Positions 8,461-17,594 of a DNA stretch of 32,000 nucleotides are shown here, piece by piece. The notes beneath the pieces are model-generated. The model was not told the DNA's origin. It worked only from the letters and a program-made list of their open reading frames with translations, and did not search any database. Every line of letters starts with the position of its first letter. Positions within the stretch are counted from its first letter, which is position 1. The position numbers and the translations under genes are program-made. The stretch lies in NCBI GenBank assembly GCA_965247685.1, contig OZ252021.1, positions 900,001-932,000 on the forward strand. The letters run 5' to 3'. Source of the DNA: Bdellovibrionales bacterium. GTDB taxonomy: Bacteria; Bdellovibrionota; Bdellovibrionia; Bdellovibrionales; UBA1609.

Positions 8461-9827
8461 AGTGGAGTGTTGATGAGTTTATTCAGGCTACTGGGGGGGA
8501 ATGTCTTTTTCGAAAAGCTGAAGGCTTTAGTTCTGTTTGCATAGATACTCGTCTTATCGAAGGTGATGCGACTTGTTTTTTTGCTTTAAAGGGTCAAAGA
8601 GACGGTCATGATTTTTTAAAGAACGCTTATGAGAAGAAAGCGGCTGTTTTAGTTGTAGAATCTTTAAAAGATGAATCTTTAAGAAAAGATATAACGATCA
8701 TTCAAGTTCCTCATGTGGAAAAAGCACTGAGAGATTTTGCTTTTTATTGGAGAAAGAAATTAGGCTTTAAAGTTGTAGGGATTACAGGTTCTGTAGGGAA
8801 AACAGCCTCCAAGCATTTTTGTCAGATTTTATTTCACAAAGATTCCACAATTTTGGCTTCTCCTTCAAATTACAATAATCATTTAGGTGTTCCTTTAAGT
8901 TTACTGAGAATGGAAAAACATCACAAAGTTTTAATTCAAGAGATAGGAACAAGTCGGGCTGGAGAGATTCATGATTTGTGCCAGATCGCTCAACCTGATA
9001 TTGCAGTTTGCACTCTTGTAGGGTGGTCTCATGCGGAGGGTTTAGGTGGGATTCAAGATATAGCTCAGGAAAAAGAGTCTATATACGAGGGTGCGAAGTT
9101 AGGAATTTTTAATTTAGATAATTCTTGGACTCGAAAAATGTCTTTTCGTTTTCAAGGTCAAGGTTTACTCACATTTTCGAGTGTGGAATCGTCAGCAGAT
9201 ATTTTTTTAGAGCTTTGTGGAATGGGTATTCACTTTATAGAAGTTCGTGGAAAGATTTTAGATCAAGAAGGTTCGTGTCGTATTCCTTTGTCGGGGAGTC
9301 ATTATCTTTACAGTGTGATGGCAGCTGCTGGTGTGGCTTTAAATTTAGGTTATTCCACTCAAGATATTTGGAAAGCTTTACCTTCGCTTTGTTCTTATAA
9401 GAATCGATCGCAGTGGGTGAATATAGGTTCTCAAAAGATTTTTTTTGATGCCTACAACGCAAACCCCTGCAGTATGGATGCTTTTTTGCAATATGTGGGA
9501 TTTTTAAATCAAGAAAAACATTCTGTTTTATTGTTGTTGGGAGACATGCTGGAGTTAGGAAATCGATCGGCAAGTTTTCATAGGGAATTAGGCAAAAAGG
9601 CAGGTCGCCTTTTTGTTCCATCTATTTTTTATATTGGGCGCTATCGTTTGGATTTTGAACAAGGATTGAAGGAAGTTTCTTTTAAAGGGAATTATGAATT
9701 ATTTGAGAGTTATGATCAAAAACAAGTTTCGCGTATACTTTCAGATTTGAATGATGGAGATATATTGGCGGTAAAGGCTTCTCGGGGTGTGGGTTTGGAT
9801 CGAGTGATGCATGGTATACCGAAGTGA
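8457..9827 (+). CDS. murF: UDP-N-acetylmuramoyl-tripeptide--D-alanyl-D-alanine ligase
   Basis: GITGSVGKT P-loop and Mur ligase middle and C-terminal domains. ATGA overlap with the murE stop, in the canonical murE-murF-mraY order. Confidence 0.93.
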   Translation: MKWSVDEFIQATGGECLFRKAEGFSSVCIDTRLIEGDATCFFALKGQRDGHDFLKNAYEKKAAVLVVESLKDESLRKDITIIQVPHVEKALRDFAFYWRKKLGFKVVGITGSVGKTASKHFCQILFHKDSTILASPSNYNNHLGVPLSLLRMEKHHKVLIQEIGTSRAGEIHDLCQIAQPDIAVCTLVGWSHAEGLGGIQDIAQEKESIYEGAKLGIFNLDNSWTRKMSFRFQGQGLLTFSSVESSADIFLELCGMGIHFIEVRGKILDQEGSCRIPLSGSHYLYSVMAAAGVALNLGYSTQDIWKALPSLCSYKNRSQWVNIGSQKIFFDAYNANPCSMDAFLQYVGFLNQEKHSVLLLLGDMLELGNRSASFHRELGKKAGRLFVPSIFYIGRYRLDFEQGLKEVSFKGNYELFESYDQKQVSRILSDLNDGDILAVKASRGVGLDRVMHGIPK

Positions 9828-9905
9828 GCCATTTAGGGATTGATGAAGTGGGTTTTCTGTGTAAGATTCGAGAGCGAGTTTTTGATTCTACAGGGTGAAT
9901 GGACT

Positions 9906-10982
9906 ATGGTTTATAAATGGTTATTTGAATTATCTGATATTTTTTCTGCCTTTAATGTTTTTCGCTACATTACATTTCGTAGTTTTTTATCTTTTTTCAC
10001 AGCTTTTTTTGTTTGTTGGATTTTAGGACCTTATTTTATTAAAAGTATGAAGAAGAGTTTTCTTTCTGAAAAAATTAATACTAATGCCCCATCCACTCAT
10101 TTAAAAAAAAAAGGCACTCCAACTATGGGTGGAGTATTAATTCTTATATGTTTATTGGTTTCTGTATTTTTCTGGACTGATTTTTTGCAACCTTTAGTTT
10201 ATGCTGTTCTCTTTGTGACGTTAAGCTTCGCGTTGATTGGATTTTGGGATGATTGGTTGAAGGTTCGTTACAATAAACCGAAAGGGTTATCTGCTCGCCT
10301 TCGCTTGTTATTGGAGTTTTTAATTTCAAGTGTTGTATTATTTGTTCTTTGTTATTTTCAAGTGATTGATACGGTTTTATATCTGCCTTTTTTTAAAAAT
10401 TTATCTTTTGATCTATCTTGGGGGTATGTTTTTTTCGGAAGTTTTATTATTGTGGGTTTTTCAAATGCAGTGAACTTAACAGATGGGTTGGATGGGCTAG
10501 CTATTTTTCCAGTTATGATTTGTTCGTTGGCTCTAGGATTATTTAGTTATTTAGCGGGGCATTTTGAGTTATCGGCTTATTTAGGAATTCCTTTTATATC
10601 TGGCGCTGGAGAATTAGTTCCTTTAGCAATGGCTTTGTCGGCGGCTAGTTTAGGATTTTTGTGGTATAATTCTTATCCTGCTCAGATTTTTATGGGAGAT
10701 GTTGGAAGTTTAAGTGTGGGTGGTTTTTTAGGAACTGTAGCTGTTTTGACAAAGAATGAGCTTTTGATTCCTTTATTAGGTGGAATTTTCATTGTAGAGG
10801 CTGTCTCTGTCATTTCTCAGGTTTTTTCTTTTCAGTTAACGGGGCGAAGGATATTTTCGATGGCACCTCTTCATCATCATTTTGAACTCAAGGGTGTGAG
10901 TGAATCGAAGATTATAGTTCGTTTTTGGATTATTTCAATTTTGTTGGCTGTTCTCAGTTTTGCAACCTTAAAATTAAGATAG
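9906..10982 (+). CDS. mraY: phospho-N-acetylmuramoyl-pentapeptide transferase
   Basis: FNVFRYITFRSF, KKGTPTMGG, NAVNLTDGLDGLA, MGDVGSLSVGG and APLHHHFE motifs. The conserved MraY N-terminus begins at MVYKWLFEL (ATG 9906). The track's 9840 start adds 22 non-conserved residues. Confidence 0.95.
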   Translation: MVYKWLFELSDIFSAFNVFRYITFRSFLSFFTAFFVCWILGPYFIKSMKKSFLSEKINTNAPSTHLKKKGTPTMGGVLILICLLVSVFFWTDFLQPLVYAVLFVTLSFALIGFWDDWLKVRYNKPKGLSARLRLLLEFLISSVVLFVLCYFQVIDTVLYLPFFKNLSFDLSWGYVFFGSFIIVGFSNAVNLTDGLDGLAIFPVMICSLALGLFSYLAGHFELSAYLGIPFISGAGELVPLAMALSAASLGFLWYNSYPAQIFMGDVGSLSVGGFLGTVAVLTKNELLIPLLGGIFIVEAVSVISQVFSFQLTGRRIFSMAPLHHHFELKGVSESKIIVRFWIISILLAVLSFATLKLR

Positions 10983-11052
10983 TTTTTAAGTGGAATTGAA
11001 TATCAAAAAAGTGTTATAGGTGAATTCTTGTTGAAAAGAGGGAAAAGAAGAT

Positions 11053-12447
11053 ATGGTTCGTATCAATAAAGTTGAAGATTTGAAAGATAAAAAAATTCTA
11101 GTTGTAGGCTTGGGGCGTACAGGTGTTTCTTTGGTATATTTTTTAAGTCAACATGGAGCCAAAATTACAGTGAGTGACCATAAATCTGAGGCCGAGTTAT
11201 CAAAACATTTGAAAAAGATTACAGACTTACCTGTGCAGTTGCAGTTAGAGGGGCATACTCCAAATGTGTTTTTAGATCAGGATGTCATCGTGGTGAGCCC
11301 AGGTATTTCTGTCAATAGCAAGTTATTTGAGCATGTTCGTTCTCGTGGTGTGTGGGTCACAGGTGAATTTGAATTTTGTTCTGCCTTTGTTAAAGAGCCT
11401 ATGATTTTAGTGACGGGTACGAATGGGAAGACATCTGTTGTGGATATGACTTACTATTTCTTGAAAAACTCTGGAGTGAAAGTTTGGGTAGGTGGAAACT
11501 ACGATCAACCTTTGAGTCAATACTTGTGTGATGGAGATCCAGCAGATGTATTGGTGGTAGAGGTGTCGAGTTTTATGTTAGAGCATGTGGAAAATATGGC
11601 ACCACAATGTATAGTATTCACTAACTTTTCTGAGAATCATTTAGATCGGCATAGGACGGTGAATGAGTATTTAGCTGCAAAGAGAAAGATTTTTAAGAAT
11701 ACATATTTGAAAACAACGAGTATTTTGAATGCAGATGATAGAACAGTTTTAGAAATTGCTCATGATCCAGTGGTGCAAAAAGGTTGTATTTTATATTTTT
11801 CTAGAAAGAAAGTGTTGGAGCCTCAAATCATGCAAATTGGTGGAGCTGTGATGATTGACAATAAAATTCATGTGCGTACAGGACCAGAGATCGAGTACTA
11901 TTCTATGGAAGATGTTAAGGTGGTGGGGCCTCATATTTACGAAAATATTATGGCAGCTATACTGGCGAGTCGTGAGTATGGTGCGAAGCAATCAGCGATT
12001 CAAAAAACTTTGGAAACCTATACAGGACCTGCTCATCGTATGGAATATGTGCGCAAGGTTGGTGGTGTGGCTTTTTATAATGACTCAAAAGCTACGAATG
12101 TTCATGCAGTGGTGCGGGCTATTGATTCTTTTGAAGGAAGTTTGATTTTGATTATGGGTGGTAAGGATGGGGCTTTAAATTATGGAGTATTAAAAGATCA
12201 TGTTCGTCGAAAAGTTAAAAATTTAATTTTGGTCGGTGAAAGTAAAGAAACTATTAATCGTGATATAGGGGATTATAGTGAGACTTTTCTTATTGGTACT
12301 TTTGAAGAAGCTATTGAGATTGCTTATCAGAAATCTCGTATAGGTGATGTTGTGATTCTTTCTCCAGGCTGTGCTAGTTTTGATTGTTTTAACTCTTACC
12401 AAGAGCGTGGCAACTTATTTAAAGAGTTAGTGAACCAGTTTAAATAG
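11053..12447 (+). CDS. murD: UDP-N-acetylmuramoylalanine--D-glutamate ligase
   Basis: N-terminal Rossmann motif VVGLGRTGVS and P-loop VTGTNGKTS. It follows mraY as in canonical dcw clusters. AGAGGGA Shine-Dalgarno upstream. Confidence 0.94.
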   Translation: MVRINKVEDLKDKKILVVGLGRTGVSLVYFLSQHGAKITVSDHKSEAELSKHLKKITDLPVQLQLEGHTPNVFLDQDVIVVSPGISVNSKLFEHVRSRGVWVTGEFEFCSAFVKEPMILVTGTNGKTSVVDMTYYFLKNSGVKVWVGGNYDQPLSQYLCDGDPADVLVVEVSSFMLEHVENMAPQCIVFTNFSENHLDRHRTVNEYLAAKRKIFKNTYLKTTSILNADDRTVLEIAHDPVVQKGCILYFSRKKVLEPQIMQIGGAVMIDNKIHVRTGPEIEYYSMEDVKVVGPHIYENIMAAILASREYGAKQSAIQKTLETYTGPAHRMEYVRKVGGVAFYNDSKATNVHAVVRAIDSFEGSLILIMGGKDGALNYGVLKDHVRRKVKNLILVGESKETINRDIGDYSETFLIGTFEEAIEIAYQKSRIGDVVILSPGCASFDCFNSYQERGNLFKELVNQFK

Positions 12448-12664
12448 CAGCTTCTCAGTTTTAAAAAATTGAACACGTCTAAAGTCTAGTGACTTATTTT
12501 TATACAGTAAGAGAGTGATTTTTTCTTTCTATGAGGATGGAAATTTTGTTTTTCTATTTGTTGCATTACGAAAACTATATTGCTTTTTTTATGTCCACTT
12601 AAGATGTGAATGATGAGTTGCTTTCATAGTGGAAATTGTTCTCATATTGAGCTTTAATTAATTT

Positions 12665-14407
12665 ATGTTTGTTTTTGTCTTTATTTTCTTTTGTTTCTCT
12701 GCTTTTTCTGAAAATTTAGGATCAGCTTTTTTTGATCCAGATTATGAGAAGCATCTTTATAATCTTTATAAGAAACACCATAGCCAAGCTATATCTACAA
12801 GTGATTGGCGACAACTCATCAGCCAGAAGAACGTGAATGTCTATTTGATGCAAAAAGGGGATAACTTATGGGATGTGAGTAAGGTGCTTTTTGGAGATCC
12901 AAATTATTGGCCTAAGTTATGGTCTGTGAATGCAAACCTTTCCAATCCTCATCGTGTTTCTGTGGGGCATCAATTACAGGTAATTATGGGTACGGAAGGA
13001 GAAGCTCCTCGTGCAGTGATTAGTAGTGATACGTCTCAGCCTGCGGTGAACAGCTTTGCCCAGAGCTCAGTGGATCCAGTTGTTTCTGCAAGCAGCGGTG
13101 ATGGTATTGAAGTCTCTTCGAATAACTTGATGGGTAAAAGTGATTGTGTGGATGATTTAAGTTTAATCATCGATCACAAAGGTGTGACAAAAGTATATGA
13201 TCGAAAATACAAATGTCTTTCTGTGAGAGAAAAAATTGCAAATCGTCAAACAGTAGATAAGGCTGAGTTAGATACTTATCTTGCCAGTCTGGAGGATCCT
13301 TTAGATATTCGATCGACTCCTAAGAAAGACAAAGCTCCTGTTCCAAAATCTCTGCCTTATATTATGTTAGTTACAGGTGAGGGGGATTTAAAGCTTACAG
13401 TGAGTATGGTTTCTCCTGCGGAGAATATAAATATTGTGACTAACTATCAAATAAGTGAAGAAGATATAGATATTGTGGGTCGAGTCAATGAGATACTAGG
13501 GGGTGTACCTGTTCCATCTGGTGAAATCATACTTAATTTAGATGTACCAGCTCAAGCAGGAGATTCGTTCAGCTTGATTAACCCTATAAAGTCTATTCGT
13601 TCTCAAGTGAGGAATCCTTTTGTACTTGAGGGAGGGTTAGGAGATGAAGTGGTGATACAAGCTCGTGTGAGTATTATAGGGAGCGTCCCCGGTCAAGGTG
13701 AAGGTGGTTTTTACTTTGCTCAAATTGATTCCATGTACAACCCTATTAATAGAAATTCTCGGGTGATTAGAGAAGATGTTTCTACTTTTGATTTAGCAGG
13801 ATCTTTTCGTAAAGGGAGTACAAAGGCACAAGTTGTAGCATCTGCCAGCGGTCAGTCTGGTGCAATGATGATGATTCACTCCTTTGTATATTTGAATAAG
13901 GGAAGTAGTGATGGAGTGAATCTGGGAGATGTTTTTGATATTCAGGCCAATTCTCGTGTGCATGGTAAGAATGTGAGGACTAGTTTAGGAGAATTGTTAG
14001 TGGTTCATGTGACTCCTTCTTATGCGACGGCGTTTGTGAAGAATTTGAATAATCCAGCTTATATTGGAGACTATGCTCTTTCTTTTGATAGGCTCGATCA
14101 GTATATTTCTGATGAAGTAGTAGATGATATTATTATCACTGAGGAGGATGAAGGAGATTTTATAGAAGAAGGTGATCTGATCACTGAGGAGAAAGAAGAT
14201 TTAGGTTTTGGTGATACTGAAGACGAAGAAGAAAATGATTTACTGGAAGAAGAAGATTTTGTCTTAGAAGAAGGTGCTGAAGAAGAGGATCTACTGGAAG
14301 AAGAAGATTTTGTCTTAGAAGAAAAATTGACGGACTCATCTCAGTCGCCTAACGAAGATGTTGAATATCCTTATGAAGATGAAGAGGCGGAGTGGTTTGC
14401 TGATTAG
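12665..14407 (+). CDS. secreted LysM-domain protein with a polyacidic repeat-containing C-terminal tail
   Basis: 580 aa with the signal-like N-terminus MFVFVFIFFCFSAFS. The LysM pattern YLMQKGDNLWDVSKVLFGDPNYWPKLWSVNANLSNPHRVSVGHQLQV lies at about nt 12842..12980. The last roughly 100 aa are dominated by E/D, with DLLEEEDFVLEE occurring twice. Confidence 0.8.
   Translation: MFVFVFIFFCFSAFSENLGSAFFDPDYEKHLYNLYKKHHSQAISTSDWRQLISQKNVNVYLMQKGDNLWDVSKVLFGDPNYWPKLWSVNANLSNPHRVSVGHQLQVIMGTEGEAPRAVISSDTSQPAVNSFAQSSVDPVVSASSGDGIEVSSNNLMGKSDCVDDLSLIIDHKGVTKVYDRKYKCLSVREKIANRQTVDKAELDTYLASLEDPLDIRSTPKKDKAPVPKSLPYIMLVTGEGDLKLTVSMVSPAENINIVTNYQISEEDIDIVGRVNEILGGVPVPSGEIILNLDVPAQAGDSFSLINPIKSIRSQVRNPFVLEGGLGDEVVIQARVSIIGSVPGQGEGGFYFAQIDSMYNPINRNSRVIREDVSTFDLAGSFRKGSTKAQVVASASGQSGAMMMIHSFVYLNKGSSDGVNLGDVFDIQANSRVHGKNVRTSLGELLVVHVTPSYATAFVKNLNNPAYIGDYALSFDRLDQYISDEVVDDIIITEEDEGDFIEEGDLITEEKEDLGFGDTEDEEENDLLEEEDFVLEEGAEEEDLLEEEDFVLEEKLTDSSQSPNEDVEYPYEDEEAEWFAD
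14237..14323. repeat. 51-bp-period direct repeat (about 1.7 copies) inside the LysM protein acidic tail
   Basis: GAT(T/C)TACTGGAAGAAGAAGATTTTGTCTTAGAAGAA occurs at 14237..14272 and 14288..14323 with 1 mismatch, in frame, encoding DLLEEEDFVLEE twice. Confidence 0.85.
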
Positions 14408-14419
14408 GGTTTTTATTGG

Positions 14420-16306
14420 ATGAATGTTTTAATTTTAGATGATGACGAATTAAGTGCTAAAAGTTTAAAACATACTATTAGTCAACTAGGCTCTCACTAT
14501 GTTCATATCTTGTGTGATCCTGACGATTTTCAGTTTCAACTCTCTATTAAGCACTTTGATTTATGTATTGTGGATGTGTTGCTTCCAGGTTCTTTAAATG
14601 GAATTGAAGTTTTAGAAAAATCTTCTATCAATTATGATCAAACAACATTATGGCTCATCAGTGGAGTTTTAACACGTGCAAATATTCCTCAGAAAACAAG
14701 TGTCTCTTTTAGTAAATTTTTGAGAAAACCTTTTAATGAAGAAGAAGTGATAAAAGGGGTTCGTCAAGTCGATAGTAAAATTACACCTGTTGAAGGTGTT
14801 CTTAATACTTTTTTTCTTTCTTCTTTTTCTGAAAAAGATCTTAATTCCTTAGTTCAAAAGCACCCTGATATTTTGGATCATCAGCTGGCAGTTCTTTATT
14901 GTTTATGCTCTCTTTCTCAATTCAGTGGAGATTTAATTTTAAAAAATAAAGAGGAAGAGAAAACAGTTATATCTTTTAAATCTGGAAATTTGATGAGAAT
15001 ACAATCTGCCCATAGGAAATCTTACCTTGGAGTTTTACTAGCAAGTTATGGATTCGCTCTAGCACAAGATATAAAAAAAATTCTAGGAACAAAGTCTCAA
15101 TCTTCGGAACTTACGGGTCAGAAGCTTATTCGGAATGGAATTATCAGCCCTCATGCTTTGTTATTTATATTGAAGGAACAAGCTAAAATTCGAATGAGTG
15201 AATTAATTCAAAATAATTCTAGTTACACCATTGAATTAAAAAGAGTGAATTACGACTCCCAGCTAGAGGCTTTTAGTTTAAAAGAAATTCGAGTGATGTT
15301 GGGAGAAATTATATGGTCTAAAGTGCAACCTCAATGGATAGAAGATTTTTTCGAGTGGAATAGCCAAAGCGTTGTATGTCCTATAAGTGGACAAGGTTTT
15401 GAAAGGAGTGAGAGTATTGAGTGCATTAAAAATTCTTATAAAGTTTTTTTGCTTATCGATGGAACTTTTTCGATCAGGCGGTTGATTGAGTTAGTCAAAG
15501 AAAAACTTCAACTTTCTCAACAAGAAGCTTCATTCTGCTTGTATTATTTGCTGATGAGTAAATATGTTTACTTGCAAAAAGGATCTGATAAACAACTAAA
15601 TTTATCATTTTTGAAAGGAAAACTGAATAAATTTATAGAAAACTATAAGTTTTTAAACTATTACAAATTACTAAACCTACATTTTAATGCAACAGAAAAA
15701 GAGATTCAAGAAAGAATTAATGATGCTATGAAATTTTTTCATCCAGATAAGTATCAGAAATCGGGTGATGTAGAGTTTCTATTTAAAGCTCGGGAAGTTG
15801 TGGCAAATTTGAATGAGATGCGTGCTTTATTACTCAATCCTGAAAGAAGAAAAAAATATTTAGAGCAGCTTCAAAAAGGATCTCAAGAGGATGTGTTAAA
15901 GATGGCACAAGAGTTGAATCGTGCTCAAGAGTTCTTAGAGTCTAGAAAATATTCAGAATCTTTGTCTATTTTAGAAAAAATTATAGATCAAAAAGGAACA
16001 CTACCGAAGGCGATACTGTATTATTGCTGGGCTTATTTGAAGGTGAATCCTAGACCTCGATCAAGTGAAATTAATGAGCTTTTGTATAAACTAGATCATT
16101 TATCTATTGAGGATAAGTATTCTTATTTATATTACTATTGTAAAGGGTTAATCAATTGGAGTCAGGATAATTTTTTGCTAGCTAAGCAAAATTTTAAAAG
16201 ATCTATGAATATGAATCCTGAATTCAAATATGTTCGTGTTGATATATTGGAGCTGGAGAATTCTTTAAAAAAGAAGAATATTATTATGAATCTTTTTAAA
16301 AAATAA
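14420..16306 (+). CDS. orphan response regulator: receiver - DUF4388/PATAN-like - J domain (DnaJ) - TPR-like C-terminus
   Basis: 628 aa. The REC domain looks intact: DDD at residues 7-9, phosphoacceptor-position D52 (CIVDVLLPG), S in LWLISG and K in FLRKPF. The middle segment (SGDLILKNKEEEKTVISFKSGNLMRIQSA...LGVLL...LTGQKLIRNGIISPHALLFILKEQAKIRM) fits the DUF4388 pattern. The J domain is YYKLLNL...EIQERINDAMKFFHPDKY with HPD at residues 441-443. The helical TPR-like tail is recognised by eye only. Confidence 0.8.
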   Translation: MNVLILDDDELSAKSLKHTISQLGSHYVHILCDPDDFQFQLSIKHFDLCIVDVLLPGSLNGIEVLEKSSINYDQTTLWLISGVLTRANIPQKTSVSFSKFLRKPFNEEEVIKGVRQVDSKITPVEGVLNTFFLSSFSEKDLNSLVQKHPDILDHQLAVLYCLCSLSQFSGDLILKNKEEEKTVISFKSGNLMRIQSAHRKSYLGVLLASYGFALAQDIKKILGTKSQSSELTGQKLIRNGIISPHALLFILKEQAKIRMSELIQNNSSYTIELKRVNYDSQLEAFSLKEIRVMLGEIIWSKVQPQWIEDFFEWNSQSVVCPISGQGFERSESIECIKNSYKVFLLIDGTFSIRRLIELVKEKLQLSQQEASFCLYYLLMSKYVYLQKGSDKQLNLSFLKGKLNKFIENYKFLNYYKLLNLHFNATEKEIQERINDAMKFFHPDKYQKSGDVEFLFKAREVVANLNEMRALLLNPERRKKYLEQLQKGSQEDVLKMAQELNRAQEFLESRKYSESLSILEKIIDQKGTLPKAILYYCWAYLKVNPRPRSSEINELLYKLDHLSIEDKYSYLYYYCKGLINWSQDNFLLAKQNFKRSMNMNPEFKYVRVDILELENSLKKKNIIMNLFKK

Positions 16307-16310
16307 TTTA

Positions 16311-17279
16311 TTATAGGGTGTTTTTTTTGAAGTGAGCCTGATAAAGCACTTCCAGATCCAACTGATCTCTTACCATCAAAATACCATCACTTAAAAGTTT
16401 AAGGTTTCCTTTAAAGAAATTATTCATCACAGGTCCAGGAAGCGTAGCTAGAGTGACTCCTAATCTTGAGGCAAGATGAGCTGTGAGCATTGACCCACTC
16501 CTTTCTTCTGCTTGCAAGATAAGAACAATGCGAGACATACGAACTATGATAGAATTTCTATAGTAAAAAAAATGTTTTCTTATAGTGTAGTGAGGGGGAA
16601 AAGGGCTGATCAAGACTCCTTTATTTTGAAGTAAAGGTTGGACCCATTCTTTTAACTTAGGTGGATAAAGATGAAGAAGCCCACAAGGGAGAAAGCATAT
16701 GGTGGAATTTTGAGTTCTTAGAGCGAGGCTGTGTGCTTTCTGGTCTACTCCTAAAGCTCCTCCACTGAGAAGGCAAACAGAATATTTTTTAAGAAAAGAA
16801 CTCAAGTGATAATCCATCCACTGACTAGTTGTGATCTGCATTTTTCGACTTCCTACGACAGCTAATGGAAAGTCTTTCATCCACACCGGTGAACCTTTGT
16901 AACTGAGGATCACAGGGGAGTCAGGGTAATATTTTAAGTGTGGAGGGTAGTGAGTTTCTCCCCACCAAGTGAGTTGAATATTTTCTTTTTGACATATTTT
17001 TTCTGTGAGTTCAGCTTCTTTCCACCAATAAGGATTTTTTAACACAAATTGCTTTGTAGTTTCATGACTGAAGCATGGAAAGATATCATTAGGGTGTTGA
17101 ATTTTTGAATATCGAGATTTAAGCCGTTGAAAGTCTTCAATACTTATAGTCGGTGTCTGCCAATGAAGTAATGCAAGATATTTATTCCAGTTCATACTTT
17201 CCAGTATGCAAGTCTTTGTCCTTTTTGATTTAAGAGTGTTAAATAATGTTGTTATTTTAGATGTTTGATTAACCTTCAT
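16311..17279 (-). CDS. dprA: DNA processing/protecting protein DprA (Smf)
   Basis: 322 aa with the DprA Rossmann-core motifs AVVGSRK and SGGALGVDQKAHSLAL, and a later GSMLTA segment. Convergent with the preceding gene with only 4 nt between the stops. Confidence 0.85.
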   Translation of the reverse strand: MKVNQTSKITTLFNTLKSKRTKTCILESMNWNKYLALLHWQTPTISIEDFQRLKSRYSKIQHPNDIFPCFSHETTKQFVLKNPYWWKEAELTEKICQKENIQLTWWGETHYPPHLKYYPDSPVILSYKGSPVWMKDFPLAVVGSRKMQITTSQWMDYHLSSFLKKYSVCLLSGGALGVDQKAHSLALRTQNSTICFLPCGLLHLYPPKLKEWVQPLLQNKGVLISPFPPHYTIRKHFFYYRNSIIVRMSRIVLILQAEERSGSMLTAHLASRLGVTLATLPGPVMNNFFKGNLKLLSDGILMVRDQLDLEVLYQAHFKKNTL

Positions 17280-17303
17280 TTAGATGTTTGATTAACCTTC
17301 ATT
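17258..17303. repeat. perfect 23-bp tandem duplication covering the dprA start codon
   Basis: TAGATGTTTGATTAACCTTCATT at 17258..17280 is repeated exactly at 17281..17303. On the minus strand each copy carries ATGAAGGTTAATCAAACATCTA. Confidence 0.95.
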
Positions 17304-17594
17304 GTACAAATATCTTTATTCAAAGCTATAAATGTTAAAGTTTTGTAAAGATAGTCTCCAATTTATTAAGATTATGTGAAGTTTTTTCACTCTCTATTTA
17401 CTTTTTTTTACTATTCTAATACAACTAAGTTAGTTTTTTGTCTCCAAAAGTCGTTTTCTGGATTATAGGCTTTGAAGTGCTCATCTTAGTAGTGATGGGT
17501 TTAGAAATTAGAATCATTTTTAAACTTTTTTGATTTATTGAATGAGAGCCTTGGGGAATGAGTGAGACAAGAGATAGGGAATGAAGGATAGATT

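Noticed and set aside
9125-9621. ORFs 9125..9400 (+) and 9235..9621 (-) inside murF
   Set aside because: These are alternative-frame and antisense shadows of murF. Their translations have no recognisable features.
10103-10112. A10 homopolymer inside mraY (encoding LKKKG), a possible slippage or phase-variation site
   Set aside because: mraY is essential and the frame is intact. Poly-A lysine runs are expected in an AT-rich genome, and there is no evidence of variation.
10144-10329. 61-aa antisense ORF inside mraY
   Set aside because: Shadow ORF opposite a strongly supported gene.
11791-12145. ORFs 11791..11991 (-) and 11855..12145 (+) inside murD
   Set aside because: Shadow ORFs. The murD frame is supported end to end.
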